Shown here: in pieces, positions 26,662-36,100 of the stretch
Layout: each line of letters starts with the position of its first letter
How positions within the stretch are numbered: position 1 is the first letter of the stretch
Source of the DNA: Candidatus Aenigmatarchaeota archaeon
Lineage (GTDB): Archaea; Aenigmatarchaeota; Aenigmatarchaeia; CG10238-14; SCSR01
NCBI GenBank assembly: GCA_016187405.1
Contig: JACPJS010000004.1
Span: forward strand, 1 to 47,473
DNA length: 47,473 bases
Direction: 5' to 3'
The notes under the pieces: generated by a model
Databases searched by the model: none
Told to the model about the DNA's origin: nothing
Seen by the model: the letters and a program-made list of their open reading frames with translations, nothing else
Made by a program: the position numbers and the translations under genes

Positions 26662-27291
26662 CTATTTACTAATCACGTACAAGTCAACTTCAATCTCTTT
26701 CTTTGGCTTGTCATGGAACTTGAACATATGCTGAATAGGAAACTTGTACGGAATGATTTTTTCCACTTGTCCTCCACGATCCTCTATGAATTTCGTCAGG
26801 AACTGAACAGTTTTTTCATAACCATCCTTGTGCAACGAATAGATTTTATTTCCACATTCCAATGCCTTTTCTAAAAATATTCTATCGGCATGTTCTTTCT
26901 GTATTCCAAATGGCGGATTTTGTATTACAGTGTCACATTTACCAGAGAATTTCTTCAGATCAGATTTGATAAACTTGATTGAACCCTTCACAGCAATATT
27001 GTTCGTTATAATGAATTCCATGTTTTGTTCTGCGACATTAAGGACTTGATCGTCTATGTCAACTGCAATCACTTCCTTTGCCCCGAGTATTAGTGCACCT
27101 ATGGCAAGTCTACCACTGCCACATCCAAGATCGTACACAACCTTACCTTCAATGTCACCAGACATATATGCCTGATGCAGTATATCAGCAGCGAGTTCTC
27201 CTGGAATTGTATACTGTTCCAATGATGGCTTAGGAGTTTCTATTTGTTTCAGTTTAGAAAGAGTTATCTCGAGCTGTTTCTTGGAATGCAT
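26662..27291 (-). CDS. METTL5-like N6-adenine RNA methyltransferase
   Basis: LEQY..P, DLGCGSG, QNPPFG, FH.KP. Confidence 0.9.
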   Translation of the reverse strand: MHSKKQLEITLSKLKQIETPKPSLEQYTIPGELAADILHQAYMSGDIEGKVVYDLGCGSGRLAIGALILGAKEVIAVDIDDQVLNVAEQNMEFIITNNIAVKGSIKFIKSDLKKFSGKCDTVIQNPPFGIQKEHADRIFLEKALECGNKIYSLHKDGYEKTVQFLTKFIEDRGGQVEKIIPYKFPIQHMFKFHDKPKKEIEVDLYVISK

Positions 27292-27313
27292 AATTATTGA
27301 TTGGATTGGATAT

Positions 27314-28591
27314 TTATTTTCTTGAATTGATAGCCAGTCTCAATGAACTTTCCATAAACATTGCACCATCTCTCATAAAGTATACATTATGTTCATCAAC
27401 CACTTTACCATGTTCATCAACAACACCCTCTTTATAAAAAACTTCTTCCATCGTTATAATTTCTAATGGAATTCCATGCGAATACAAAATAGGATTGACG
27501 AACTCACCATGACGCAATAGAACTTGTAGAAGTGGAAAAGTCGCTGGTAAACTGAATAGATATGTGCTATTTCCATATGCTGTACTAAGTGTGCCGTTTG
27601 TCCCAGCCCTATAAGTCGGTGTTCCTGAGAAGAAATCCCCTACATTAGCCAAAGTCTCTACATAAGGTCCGCCATCAGAGAAAACCCTACGATAATCCAC
27701 ACTTGTTATTCTTGAAATAACCGATGAGTTTACCCCCATATCAAGAATTGCAGGAGGCAGAATTCTATTCTTGACTTGACTCAAATCTATATCTTTTATC
27801 TGACTCAGGTCTATATTTTTAATATTGTTTATGTCTATTTTTTTAGGATCGATTTTAATATTTTTTATCTGACTCAAATCCATATTTTTGATCTCGTACA
27901 GGTCTACACAAGGGTATACCTGACTTAGTACATCCTTCTCCCATTCAATTCCATGAACAGGACTGTTTATCGTGACTATACTGTGGATTCTACCTTTCAG
28001 CTCAGGATATTGTGCAAGCGCATAAAGCGCAACTATACCGCCTTGACTATGTGTAATTAGATCGACTGGAGTTTTTGATTTCAGAATGAAATTTCTCAGA
28101 TTCTCAGCGCTACCACCATTACCATCAATAGATTTCATTGTTTCTAGAACATCGTATCTGTCTCCAGATAATCCTCCTGCTTGATAGTTGAAATAATAGA
28201 AATCGGAGCTGGTGTATTTCAGGTCTCTGGAAAGCCAAGTTGTAATTTCACTAAATGTATTTCTAGGATTTCCATCACACATTCCAGAAACGTAAACTAT
28301 TGGATTTCTTGTTGGAGATTGTGTCTGTCTGACTGTAGGTGAAGGTTCTGGCTGTGGAGTCGGAGTGTTAGTTTTTAAAATTGTTGGAGAAGGTGATTGT
28401 GTTCTCTGCACTGGAGTAGGTGCTACTGTCGGCTCTGATGTGCTTAGAGTTGTCGGAGAAGACTGTACACTCGAAATTTCTGGTTTATGTGTCTCAGGAT
28501 TGTATGTGGCATTCGATATGTCAATTGGTTGCTGGCATGCAGTTAGTGCGAGTGTTAATCCAAGTTCAAACAATTTCCTACGAATCGACAT
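27314..28591 (-). CDS. Lipoprotein alpha/beta hydrolase (PGAP1/lipase-like) with Pro/Thr linker
   Basis: LTAC lipobox, PT-rich linker, VYVSG, nucleophile THSQGG, INSPVHG. Confidence 0.75.
   Translation of the reverse strand: MSIRRKLFELGLTLALTACQQPIDISNATYNPETHKPEISSVQSSPTTLSTSEPTVAPTPVQRTQSPSPTILKTNTPTPQPEPSPTVRQTQSPTRNPIVYVSGMCDGNPRNTFSEITTWLSRDLKYTSSDFYYFNYQAGGLSGDRYDVLETMKSIDGNGGSAENLRNFILKSKTPVDLITHSQGGIVALYALAQYPELKGRIHSIVTINSPVHGIEWEKDVLSQVYPCVDLYEIKNMDLSQIKNIKIDPKKIDINNIKNIDLSQIKDIDLSQVKNRILPPAILDMGVNSSVISRITSVDYRRVFSDGGPYVETLANVGDFFSGTPTYRAGTNGTLSTAYGNSTYLFSLPATFPLLQVLLRHGEFVNPILYSHGIPLEIITMEEVFYKEGVVDEHGKVVDEHNVYFMRDGAMFMESSLRLAINSRK
27770..27905 (-). repeat. Intragenic 8-aa degenerate repeats (IDLSQIK[ND])
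   Basis: MDLSQIKN...IDINNIKN-IDLSQIKD-IDLSQVKN; DNA ttttatctgactca recurs. Confidence 0.75.
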
Positions 28592-28615
28592 TAATTTTAT
28601 TTTGTAGAACAAAGT

Positions 28616-29176
28616 TTAAACTCTAATTACTAATGTACCAGTAAGAGTTTCTGTTGTTTGTTGTGGCAACATATCTGAATTATCCACTACATTATCAAAA
28701 ACTGATTGGTCGTATATATCAATGCCATACAGCTTTTCGAATAATCCTCTAGATTCTTCATCTTTCATTTGAATTAATCTCATCATTTCTTCTACAGTAA
28801 ATGGTTTTTGCGTTCGCGAAGAATATGCAATTCTTGCTCTAGTTTCAAGCCTCGCTGCTAAATAAATTCTAAATAAATCAGCCCCTTCGTATAACCATGG
28901 TAAAGTCCACGAGTCAAAAATAACATTATCTCTACTCCTCGCTATTTCTAGAATCGTTTCATCAGTTCGTCTATCAATGGTCGGATCACGTACTCTTCTT
29001 CCTGTCAACTCTCTACCTGATCGTAACCAATAGTGGACTTCATCTTGAGGTGAAACTCCTGCATACCGCAATAAAACTTCAGAACCACTTATATAATCTA
29101 GACCGAACCTTTCAGCTAATTTCTTGGCTTGGTATGTCTTTCCACTGGCAGTTAATCCTGCTATAGCCAATTTCAT
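28616..29176 (-). CDS. Cytidylate kinase-like P-loop kinase; start revised to MKLAIAG
   Basis: GLTASGKT, L..ISGS, IYLAA..ETRARI, F.KLYGID. Confidence 0.8.
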   Translation of the reverse strand: MKLAIAGLTASGKTYQAKKLAERFGLDYISGSEVLLRYAGVSPQDEVHYWLRSGRELTGRRVRDPTIDRRTDETILEIARSRDNVIFDSWTLPWLYEGADLFRIYLAARLETRARIAYSSRTQKPFTVEEMMRLIQMKDEESRGLFEKLYGIDIYDQSVFDNVVDNSDMLPQQTTETLTGTLVIRV

Positions 29177-29222
29177 GATGAAAGGATAATAATAAAAGAA
29201 TAAATACAACTTTAGTTTTCAT

Positions 29223-30152
29223 TCACGCTCTAACAGCCTGGTCCCAGTTCAACATAGGAATCTCGTATCTTTCAGTATCGTCTGTCCCGACACGTGGACA
29301 TGTGGTGTTGATAAGAAAATCCAATTTCAATCCAAGTATTTTCTCTTGTGTTAGCTCATCACCAGCAAGGATGTAAGCCTCTTTACCCATCTTCTCAAGA
29401 TGTTTCTTTATCGTATAAGGCAAGACTAACTGTCCTTTCTTCCACGTTACCAATATACCAACCTTCCTTGCATCTTTGAATAACGATTTGTTCCACGCGA
29501 TTATTTTGTGTATTCTCTTCTTCTCGTCATCGACATTCGTCAATTTCTTAGCTTCCACATCAACAGTCAACATAGGCTTGTCTGTATTCAAAACCAATCC
29601 TACGCCATAAAATTTCGCAGCGGATACCACAAGGAAAACATCAACCTTGCCTTCAATAACTTTCCCAGCTTTCAATCTGCATCCTAGAATCTGTCCAGGA
29701 TATTTCACACCCTCTACTTCTGCGATGAAAACTTTCTTTCCCTTACTCTCAAGATATTTCTTCACTTCAGGCAATTTATCCATATACTGTATGGAACCAA
29801 CCAATCCGATTTTCTTGTATTTGCCTATCTTGCCTAATTCTTTTTCGATAATAGGAACAGGATCCGAACCTATGAAATATTCCCAGTAAACAACTGGAAT
29901 CTCAGGTTTCACGCCAAAATCAACATGGCCAACATGGAGTATGACATCACATTTCATCCTCTTAGCTTCCATATCCCTCACATCGCATGCGCCATAAGTC
30001 CTTTCAACACATAGAACACATTCAAACCCTTCTTTCTCTAGAGATTTTGCAATCTCTTGTATCTCTTTGCTCTTCAATCCTTCTGGGAACTGGATGAACA
30101 CACGCTTTCCAGCTTTCTTTAGTTCACCTATGATGTGTTTCGGTATTTCCAT
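29223..30152 (-). CDS. dph2: Diphthamide biosynthesis radical-SAM enzyme Dph2
   Basis: IQFPEGLK, YGACD, HVGH, GQILGC, KKGQ, TCPR. Confidence 0.93.
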   Translation of the reverse strand: MEIPKHIIGELKKAGKRVFIQFPEGLKSKEIQEIAKSLEKEGFECVLCVERTYGACDVRDMEAKRMKCDVILHVGHVDFGVKPEIPVVYWEYFIGSDPVPIIEKELGKIGKYKKIGLVGSIQYMDKLPEVKKYLESKGKKVFIAEVEGVKYPGQILGCRLKAGKVIEGKVDVFLVVSAAKFYGVGLVLNTDKPMLTVDVEAKKLTNVDDEKKRIHKIIAWNKSLFKDARKVGILVTWKKGQLVLPYTIKKHLEKMGKEAYILAGDELTQEKILGLKLDFLINTTCPRVGTDDTERYEIPMLNWDQAVRA

Positions 30153-30186
30153 ATCAAAGTTAAGTTAGTGTCACGTATTTATAATT

Positions 30187-30426
30187 ATGGAAAAAGTTTC
30201 AAACGAAATCATGCGCAAAGCAAGAATGCTTTTAGAATTCGGCAAAGTGCAGAAAGACATCGATACCGAAAAGAGAACTTATTATACGGTTGAAGGAGAC
30301 TCCGAAACTCATTCAGTGATATACGACAAGATAAAAAAAGAATTCCTATGTGATTGCAAATGGTCTACACTGACGAATAAGAAATGCAGTCATATGTTTG
30401 CAGTAGAACTCAAAGGAATGGAGTAA
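30187..30426 (+). CDS. SWIM zinc-finger protein
   Basis: Y.V.G...H.V...CDC...CSHMFAV. Confidence 0.8.
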   Translation: MEKVSNEIMRKARMLLEFGKVQKDIDTEKRTYYTVEGDSETHSVIYDKIKKEFLCDCKWSTLTNKKCSHMFAVELKGME

Positions 30427-30481
30427 AAATAAAATCAAAAATTAAAAAATCTAGATTTTGTTATTAGAAGAAATTTTTAAA

Positions 30482-30505
30482 TTATTTCTTCTTTTTCTTT
30501 GCCAC
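30482..30505 (-). CDS. Candidate 7-aa micro-ORF MAKKKKK
   Basis: GTG GCA AAG AAA AAG AAG AAA TAA, 7 nt after SD GGAGGTGT (30520-30513); TATA TTATATAT at 30569-30562. Confidence 0.45.
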   Translation of the reverse strand: MAKKKKK

Positions 30506-30520
30506 CTTAGTTACACCTCC

Positions 30521-30534
30521 ATGGTATATACCAT
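30521..30534. repeat. Perfect 14-bp palindrome ATGGTATATACCAT
   Basis: Direct reading; abuts the SD of the micro-ORF. Confidence 0.8.
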
Positions 30535-30607
30535 TTGTAATAATTATTTGTTTTTCAGTACATATATAATTAATTCTTTCAGAAAATTTTGTTTAAAATG
30601 AAAATTT

Positions 30608-31921
30608 TTATGGAATTATTCTCTGAGTGTCTCTTGGAAACAAAGTTGACTCTCTTACATTCTCCAAATCCAAAAGTTTCATCACAAATCTTTCTATTCC
30701 AAGCGAGAATCCACCCATCGTAGGCACACCATATCTGAAAACTTCTGTGAACCATTTTAGAAATTCCAGATTCATTCCCTTTTCTTTCGCCTGAGAAATT
30801 AATTTGTCATATCTGTGTTCCCTCTGCCCACCAGAAGACAATTCTGTACCTCTGAATATCATATCAATGCTTCTTGCGTATCTCGGTTCATCGTCCACTC
30901 TCATGACATAGAATGGTTTTACTGCAGATGGGAATCTGTTTACAAAAAAGAATTCGCTTTTGAATTTTTCCTTCACATAATTTCCAAGAGCTTCTTCTGC
31001 TTCTCTGTTCATATCCTCGTCTTTGCCTATAGGTTTCCCAATTTCCTTCAAGATATCATAAATTTTTGGAAATTGTAATTCTGGAAATGGTGTTTTAGGT
31101 ATTGTAATAGTTTTTCCAAGTGTCTCCAACTGCTCAGCGCAATCTTTCTTTACTTTTTCAAGAGCATGGACGACCATACCTTCTTCAACCCTCATCACCT
31201 CATGTTCGTCTTCGATAAATGCAAGCTCTGCCGCGATTGTCCTGTGTTCAGTCATGTGTCTTATTGTATGGCTCTTTTCAGCTCTCCAACTCGGTCCCAT
31301 TTCAAATATCTTTTCGAACCCACCAGCTACTAACAATTCTCGATGTAGTTGTGGGTCTTGCCTGAGGAACACTTGTCTGTCAAAATAAACAACAGAGAAA
31401 ACCTCCGAACCACCTTCTGATATACCTCCTATCAATGATGGCGTGAAAACTTTCATGAATTTCTCGCTTGATAGATATTCGTCCATTGCTGTCATTAATC
31501 TCGATTCTATTTTGAAAATTGCAAGATTTTCTGGTGAACGCAAGTCGATTGATCTCCAGTCAAGTCTCGTATCCAAATGACTCTTGGTTACTTTTCTCGG
31601 ATCTATAGGAAGAGAGGTCTCTGCTTCACTCAATCGTACTATCTCTTTAGGAATGATTTCTATCTTGCTTTTCGTCTTTGCAGTTTCTTGAACAGTTCCT
31701 TTAACTGCTATAACGTCTTCACTGTGTAAATTTTCAATCTGCTTCATTATCTTGTAAGTCGCTTTTCCTTTTTGCACCGTTATCTGAACAAGCCCTTCAA
31801 AGTCTCTCAACAAAAGGAAATTTATCCCACCTAGAAGTCTTATGTCATGAATCCAACCAGATACTATAACATCCTTCCCAACCATCTTTTTCAATTCGTT
31901 CGTATAGTGAGTTCTTTTCAT
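30608..31921 (-). CDS. aspS: Aspartyl-tRNA synthetase, archaeal type
   Basis: MKRTHY, GWIHDIR.LGG, RLDWR.IDLR, SEGGSEVF, RAEKSHT.RH, ELSSGGQREH, FPRD. Confidence 0.95.
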   Translation of the reverse strand: MKRTHYTNELKKMVGKDVIVSGWIHDIRLLGGINFLLLRDFEGLVQITVQKGKATYKIMKQIENLHSEDVIAVKGTVQETAKTKSKIEIIPKEIVRLSEAETSLPIDPRKVTKSHLDTRLDWRSIDLRSPENLAIFKIESRLMTAMDEYLSSEKFMKVFTPSLIGGISEGGSEVFSVVYFDRQVFLRQDPQLHRELLVAGGFEKIFEMGPSWRAEKSHTIRHMTEHRTIAAELAFIEDEHEVMRVEEGMVVHALEKVKKDCAEQLETLGKTITIPKTPFPELQFPKIYDILKEIGKPIGKDEDMNREAEEALGNYVKEKFKSEFFFVNRFPSAVKPFYVMRVDDEPRYARSIDMIFRGTELSSGGQREHRYDKLISQAKEKGMNLEFLKWFTEVFRYGVPTMGGFSLGIERFVMKLLDLENVRESTLFPRDTQRIIP

Positions 31922-31925
31922 ATCA

Positions 31926-32168
31926 TCACTTTAGATTGTACACTAGTATCCATGCCACCAACCATACCAAGAAATATGTCACCGCTGTTGTTGTGAGGAA
32001 TACAGATGTTTTCTTTACTTCGATGAATTTTCTAGTTACAAAATAAGAAATCCCGTACAAAACCAGTGCAAGTCCAACTTCAATCATCGTATCAATATAT
32101 ACTGACACCAATGCAACCAACACTCCTAGGATAAAATAAATTATCGTCAATTTTCTGTCGTTATCCAT
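31926..32168 (-). CDS. Small three-TM membrane protein (possibly archaeal EMC6-like)
   Basis: Three hydrophobic helices, C-terminal YFLVWLVAWILVYN; operonic between rnhB and aspS. Confidence 0.6.
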   Translation of the reverse strand: MDNDRKLTIIYFILGVLVALVSVYIDTMIEVGLALVLYGISYFVTRKFIEVKKTSVFLTTTAVTYFLVWLVAWILVYNLK

Positions 32169-32172
32169 GAAA

Positions 32173-32853
32173 TCACTTTCTAAGAACGAACTCCATTATC
32201 TTTTTCTGCCAGTTCTTCTCCTGCATCATTTCTGTAGTCACCCATGATTTTCTTATGTAATCCGGCAAGTTTTTACCGTTTGTTTCGGCAATGATTTTCT
32301 CCATGAATTGTATTGTCAACGGGTCATGAGGATACCCTACACCAAAATCCACGCCCAAAGTCTGTTTCAACTCTGCTATCTCTCTGTCTCTTTCGACTTT
32401 AGCAATTATAGATGCTGCACCAACGACTACAACCGACTCGTCCATGTAATTATCAACAACTAAATCAACATTCTTGGTTTTAAGAAACCCACTTATCACT
32501 TCCTTGAAGCGTTTTGGATTCTGTGTCAATGCATCGACATAGAACTTGGCGTCTGGTTTGAACTCTATTATCTCTGCCATCTTCATGGCTTCAATCTTGT
32601 CAAGGTTTATCCCCATCTTCCTGTACGAATCTATCCTACATGGAGCTACTTTAAAGACTATGATGTCTCTTGCAATTTTCTGTATGTGGTCGTATAATTG
32701 TTCACGCTTCTTCGGTTTGATATCCTTGGAGTCTTTCACACCAAGTGTCTTCAATTTCTTTTCAGACTTTGGGTCGATTGTCACACCGGCTACTACCATA
32801 GGACCTATTACAGCACCACGTCCAGCCTCGTCTATTCCACCGATTAATTTCAT
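32173..32853 (-). CDS. rnhB: Ribonuclease HII
   Basis: GIDEAGRG.VIGP, GVKDSK, AASIIAKVERD, G.GYP.DP, RKSW; PIP QKKIMEF. Confidence 0.97.
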   Translation of the reverse strand: MKLIGGIDEAGRGAVIGPMVVAGVTIDPKSEKKLKTLGVKDSKDIKPKKREQLYDHIQKIARDIIVFKVAPCRIDSYRKMGINLDKIEAMKMAEIIEFKPDAKFYVDALTQNPKRFKEVISGFLKTKNVDLVVDNYMDESVVVVGAASIIAKVERDREIAELKQTLGVDFGVGYPHDPLTIQFMEKIIAETNGKNLPDYIRKSWVTTEMMQEKNWQKKIMEFVLRK

Positions 32854-32901
32854 GACTTCACTAGAATTGTTTTATGTTTTCACTTTTATTAGTTTATTCT
32901 A

Positions 32902-33363
32902 ATGGTAGACATCTCTTCTGTAGTCAAAGAACTGGAATCTGGCAAAGATTTAGACGACATACTGCAGAAATATGACTGGAAATCATTCGAGGAGTTCGTA
33001 TCAGATGTGTTCAAAGAGAACGAGTTCTCCACAAAACTGAACTTCCGTTTCAAAACAACCAGAAGATATGAGATAGACGTGGTTGCAATCAATGGAAATA
33101 AGATATTCTGCGTCGATTGCAAGTGGTGGGGTAGCGGACGGTATAAGAAATCTGGTCTGAAGAAAGCCGTTACGATGCAAGAGAATCGTATAAAAGAATT
33201 CAGAAAATTTCTGAGAAAAAATCCAATTAACGACGTGAAAATAAAATATGAGATATATCCATTATTGGTTACTTTGCACGATGAGGACATGATAAGATTC
33301 AAAAATACATTTTTGGTTCCAGTTTGGAAGTTGAACAAAGCTTTAAATGACAACTTGCTTTAA
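32902..33363 (+). CDS. Restriction-endonuclease-fold (Mrr/NERD-like) protein (ORF track says -; sequence shows +)
   Basis: ATG at 32902 on +; WKSFEEFV, EIDVVA, VDCK. Confidence 0.8.
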   Translation: MVDISSVVKELESGKDLDDILQKYDWKSFEEFVSDVFKENEFSTKLNFRFKTTRRYEIDVVAINGNKIFCVDCKWWGSGRYKKSGLKKAVTMQENRIKEFRKFLRKNPINDVKIKYEIYPLLVTLHDEDMIRFKNTFLVPVWKLNKALNDNLL

Positions 33364-33431
33364 ATTGCTTTGCGACATCTTTATAAGCAACTATATAAAG
33401 ATATTGATATAATAAATATTTCTGTGGTTTG

Positions 33432-33980
33432 ATGGTTAAAGATTTCAAAATAAGAATTGAAAATATCGTTGCTTCTGCGTCAATGAATGTCGTTATACCT
33501 CTTGAAAAAATTGTTAAAAAGATGGAAGGTATGGAGTATGAACCAGAGCAATTCCCCGGCCTTGTTTATAGAATGGAAAAACCAAAGGCAGCTGCATTAA
33601 TTTTCGGTTCGGGTAAGGTCGTATGTACAGGTGCCAGAAGCATCACGGATGTCAAAACAGTTTTCAAGAAAGTTGCAAAGATAGTCGAATCACTTCGCAT
33701 AAAGGTTCCTAGGCAATACAAGACACAGATTGAAAATATTGTAGCTAGTGCGAGGCTGGACGCGTTGTTGAATCTTGATGATATCGCATTTACGTTGGAA
33801 AATTCCGAATACGAACCAGAACAGTTCCCTGGATTGGTTTATAGGATGGAAAATCCAAAGGTTGCATTTTTGCTATTCGGATCCGGAAAGATAGTGTGTA
33901 CAGGCGGAAGAAGCATAGACGATGTGAAGATTGCGGTTGTAAAGCTACACAAGAAATTAAAATCAATCAAGGCAATGTAA
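33432..33980 (+). CDS. tbp: TATA-box binding protein
   Basis: Two repeats of IENIVAS...EYEPEQFPGLVYR..PK...L.FGSGK.VCTG. Confidence 0.98.
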   Translation: MVKDFKIRIENIVASASMNVVIPLEKIVKKMEGMEYEPEQFPGLVYRMEKPKAAALIFGSGKVVCTGARSITDVKTVFKKVAKIVESLRIKVPRQYKTQIENIVASARLDALLNLDDIAFTLENSEYEPEQFPGLVYRMENPKVAFLLFGSGKIVCTGGRSIDDVKIAVVKLHKKLKSIKAM

Positions 33981-34072
33981 GTTGTTCTCGAATCGTAGTT
34001 ATAGATTACAAAATAGGTTTTGAAAGTTTTCAATAAAAAGAAGCATTTATATTTCTAAAAATATTCCTATAC

Positions 34073-36100
34073 ATGGATAATTCTAATCTTATTGAAAAGT
34101 TTGTAGATTTCCTAAACGAATATTACAAGGACGAACTGGTGCAGGCTGCGAATGAAGGAAAAAAATCAATTAATGTTGATTTTTCAAAGCTGGAGCAGTT
34201 TGATGTCGACATAGCAGATTATCTTTTGGAAAATCCTGCCGAGACTATACCAACTGCACAGAAGGCTGTCAAGCAAATCGATGTCGGATATCTTGATGAA
34301 GGATTCAGATTGAGATTTTTCAACCTGCCAGAGAATAGAAACATCAGAATCAGAAATGTAAGAGCGGAACATATAGGGAAATTGATTGTTGTCGACGGTA
34401 TTGTAAGACGTGCGAGTGAAGTAAGACCTGAAGTAAGCGAAGCCATATTCCAATGTGTTGAATGTGGGAGTAATATGACGATGATTCAGGTTGAAAGGAC
34501 GATTCGTCCTCCGATGGAATGCGAGAATCCTGCATGCAAGAACAGACGCGCATTCAGGCTTGTCGATCAGAGATTGTATGATGCAAGGTGGCTTGTTTTC
34601 GAAGAGCCATTCGAGATTGTTGAAAGTGAGAAACCTTCCACACTAAGGGTGTATCTGAAAGAGGATTTGACGGTTCCTAAGATGCAAAACAAGACTGATC
34701 CTGGAAACAGAATCAAGGTGACTGGAGTAATAAAACAACTTCCGGTAAGGATGAAAGGAACTGTTCAGAGACAGATGGATATTTTCTTGGATGCAAATTA
34801 TGTAGAATCTGTAGAGGCTGAATGGGATGAGGTTGAAATAAAACCTGAACAGGAGCAACAAATAATAGAACTAGCAAAAAGTCCAGATGTTTATGAAAAA
34901 CTTGTGAAGTCAATAGCGCCTACTATATACGGTCATGATCATATCAAACTTGCAATTGCATTACAGCTGTTTGGTGGAGAAAGACATATACAGACAGACA
35001 GGTCACGTGTGAGAGGAGACATACATCTTTTGTTGATTGGTGATCCATCGACTGCAAAAAGTGTATTGATGAAAGTCACATCGACATTGATTCCACGTGG
35101 AAGATACGTATCAGGCAAGGGTGTGACACAGGCTGGATTGACTGCGTCTGTTGTGAAGGATGAAGAATTTCTCGGCGGTTGGGTATTAGAAGCTGGTGCA
35201 CTTGTTCTTTCAAACAGATCAATGATTGCTATAGATGAGTTCGAAAAGATTGAAAAGACAGATCAAGTTGCATTGCACGAGGCTATGGAGCAACAGACAA
35301 TCAGCATTGCCAAGGCAACTATAGTGGCAACATTGCCTGCACAGACTGCGGTGTTGGGTGGTGGTAATCCAAAGTTGGGAAGGTTCGATCCTTATGTTCC
35401 TATCAAAGAACAGGTTGACATACCAGAAACTTTGTTGACAAGATTTGATTTGAAATTCGCATTGAGAGACATACCGAATGCCGAGCGTGACTTGAAGGTC
35501 GCAGAACATATTTTAAAGGCAAGACACTTTTCAGAAGATACTGAAGAAGTAAAACCTGAGATAGATCCAGAGTTCCTAAGAAAATATATTGCATATGCAA
35601 GAAAGAATTGCCATCCGAAATTGACACATGAATCTGCAGATGCTATAAAAAACTTTTATCTTGAATTGAGACAGAGATCCAGAGAAGATTCTCCGATTTC
35701 AATAACACCAAGACAGTACGAGGCTTTGATAAGAATGGCAGAGTCTTCGGCAAAGATACAGTTGCGCGATTTGGTTACTGTCGAGGATGCACTTCGAGGT
35801 ATCGATTTGATGAACGAGTCGCTGAGAGAGTTTGGTCTCGAGCTTGAAACAGGTGAAATAGATATAGACAAGGTTGAAGGTGCTAGTGCGACATCATTGC
35901 AAAGAAACAAGATAAGGCACATCCGTGACATAATAGATGATTTGGAAAAGAATTATGAGAAAGGCGAGATACCGAAAGATGAAATAATTCGTATATCAAT
36001 GGAACAGAATATTAAAGTTCCTGAAGAAATATTGGCAAAGATGCAATTAGAGGGGTATATTTTCTCACCAAGACCCGGAGTCATATCAAAGGTAAAGTAA
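34073..36100 (+). CDS. mcm: MCM replicative helicase
   Basis: Zn finger C..C/C....C, SIAPTIYG, GDPSTAKS, AGLTA, IDEF, LHEAMEQQTISIAKA, TRFD, ITPRQ. Confidence 0.97.
   Translation: MDNSNLIEKFVDFLNEYYKDELVQAANEGKKSINVDFSKLEQFDVDIADYLLENPAETIPTAQKAVKQIDVGYLDEGFRLRFFNLPENRNIRIRNVRAEHIGKLIVVDGIVRRASEVRPEVSEAIFQCVECGSNMTMIQVERTIRPPMECENPACKNRRAFRLVDQRLYDARWLVFEEPFEIVESEKPSTLRVYLKEDLTVPKMQNKTDPGNRIKVTGVIKQLPVRMKGTVQRQMDIFLDANYVESVEAEWDEVEIKPEQEQQIIELAKSPDVYEKLVKSIAPTIYGHDHIKLAIALQLFGGERHIQTDRSRVRGDIHLLLIGDPSTAKSVLMKVTSTLIPRGRYVSGKGVTQAGLTASVVKDEEFLGGWVLEAGALVLSNRSMIAIDEFEKIEKTDQVALHEAMEQQTISIAKATIVATLPAQTAVLGGGNPKLGRFDPYVPIKEQVDIPETLLTRFDLKFALRDIPNAERDLKVAEHILKARHFSEDTEEVKPEIDPEFLRKYIAYARKNCHPKLTHESADAIKNFYLELRQRSREDSPISITPRQYEALIRMAESSAKIQLRDLVTVEDALRGIDLMNESLREFGLELETGEIDIDKVEGASATSLQRNKIRHIRDIIDDLEKNYEKGEIPKDEIIRISMEQNIKVPEEILAKMQLEGYIFSPRPGVISKVK

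Noticed and set aside
7827-33363. Strand labels in the ORF track for 7827-8150, 8720-9175, 32889-33353 and 32902-33363
   Set aside because: Direct reading shows the first three lie on - and 32902-33363 on +. The features use corrected strands; 32889-33353 is only an antisense shadow.
35038-35061. MCM Walker A GDPSTAKS as an inactivating change
   Set aside because: The Ser/Ala-containing Walker A variant is normal in the MCM family; Walker B and the Arg finger are present.
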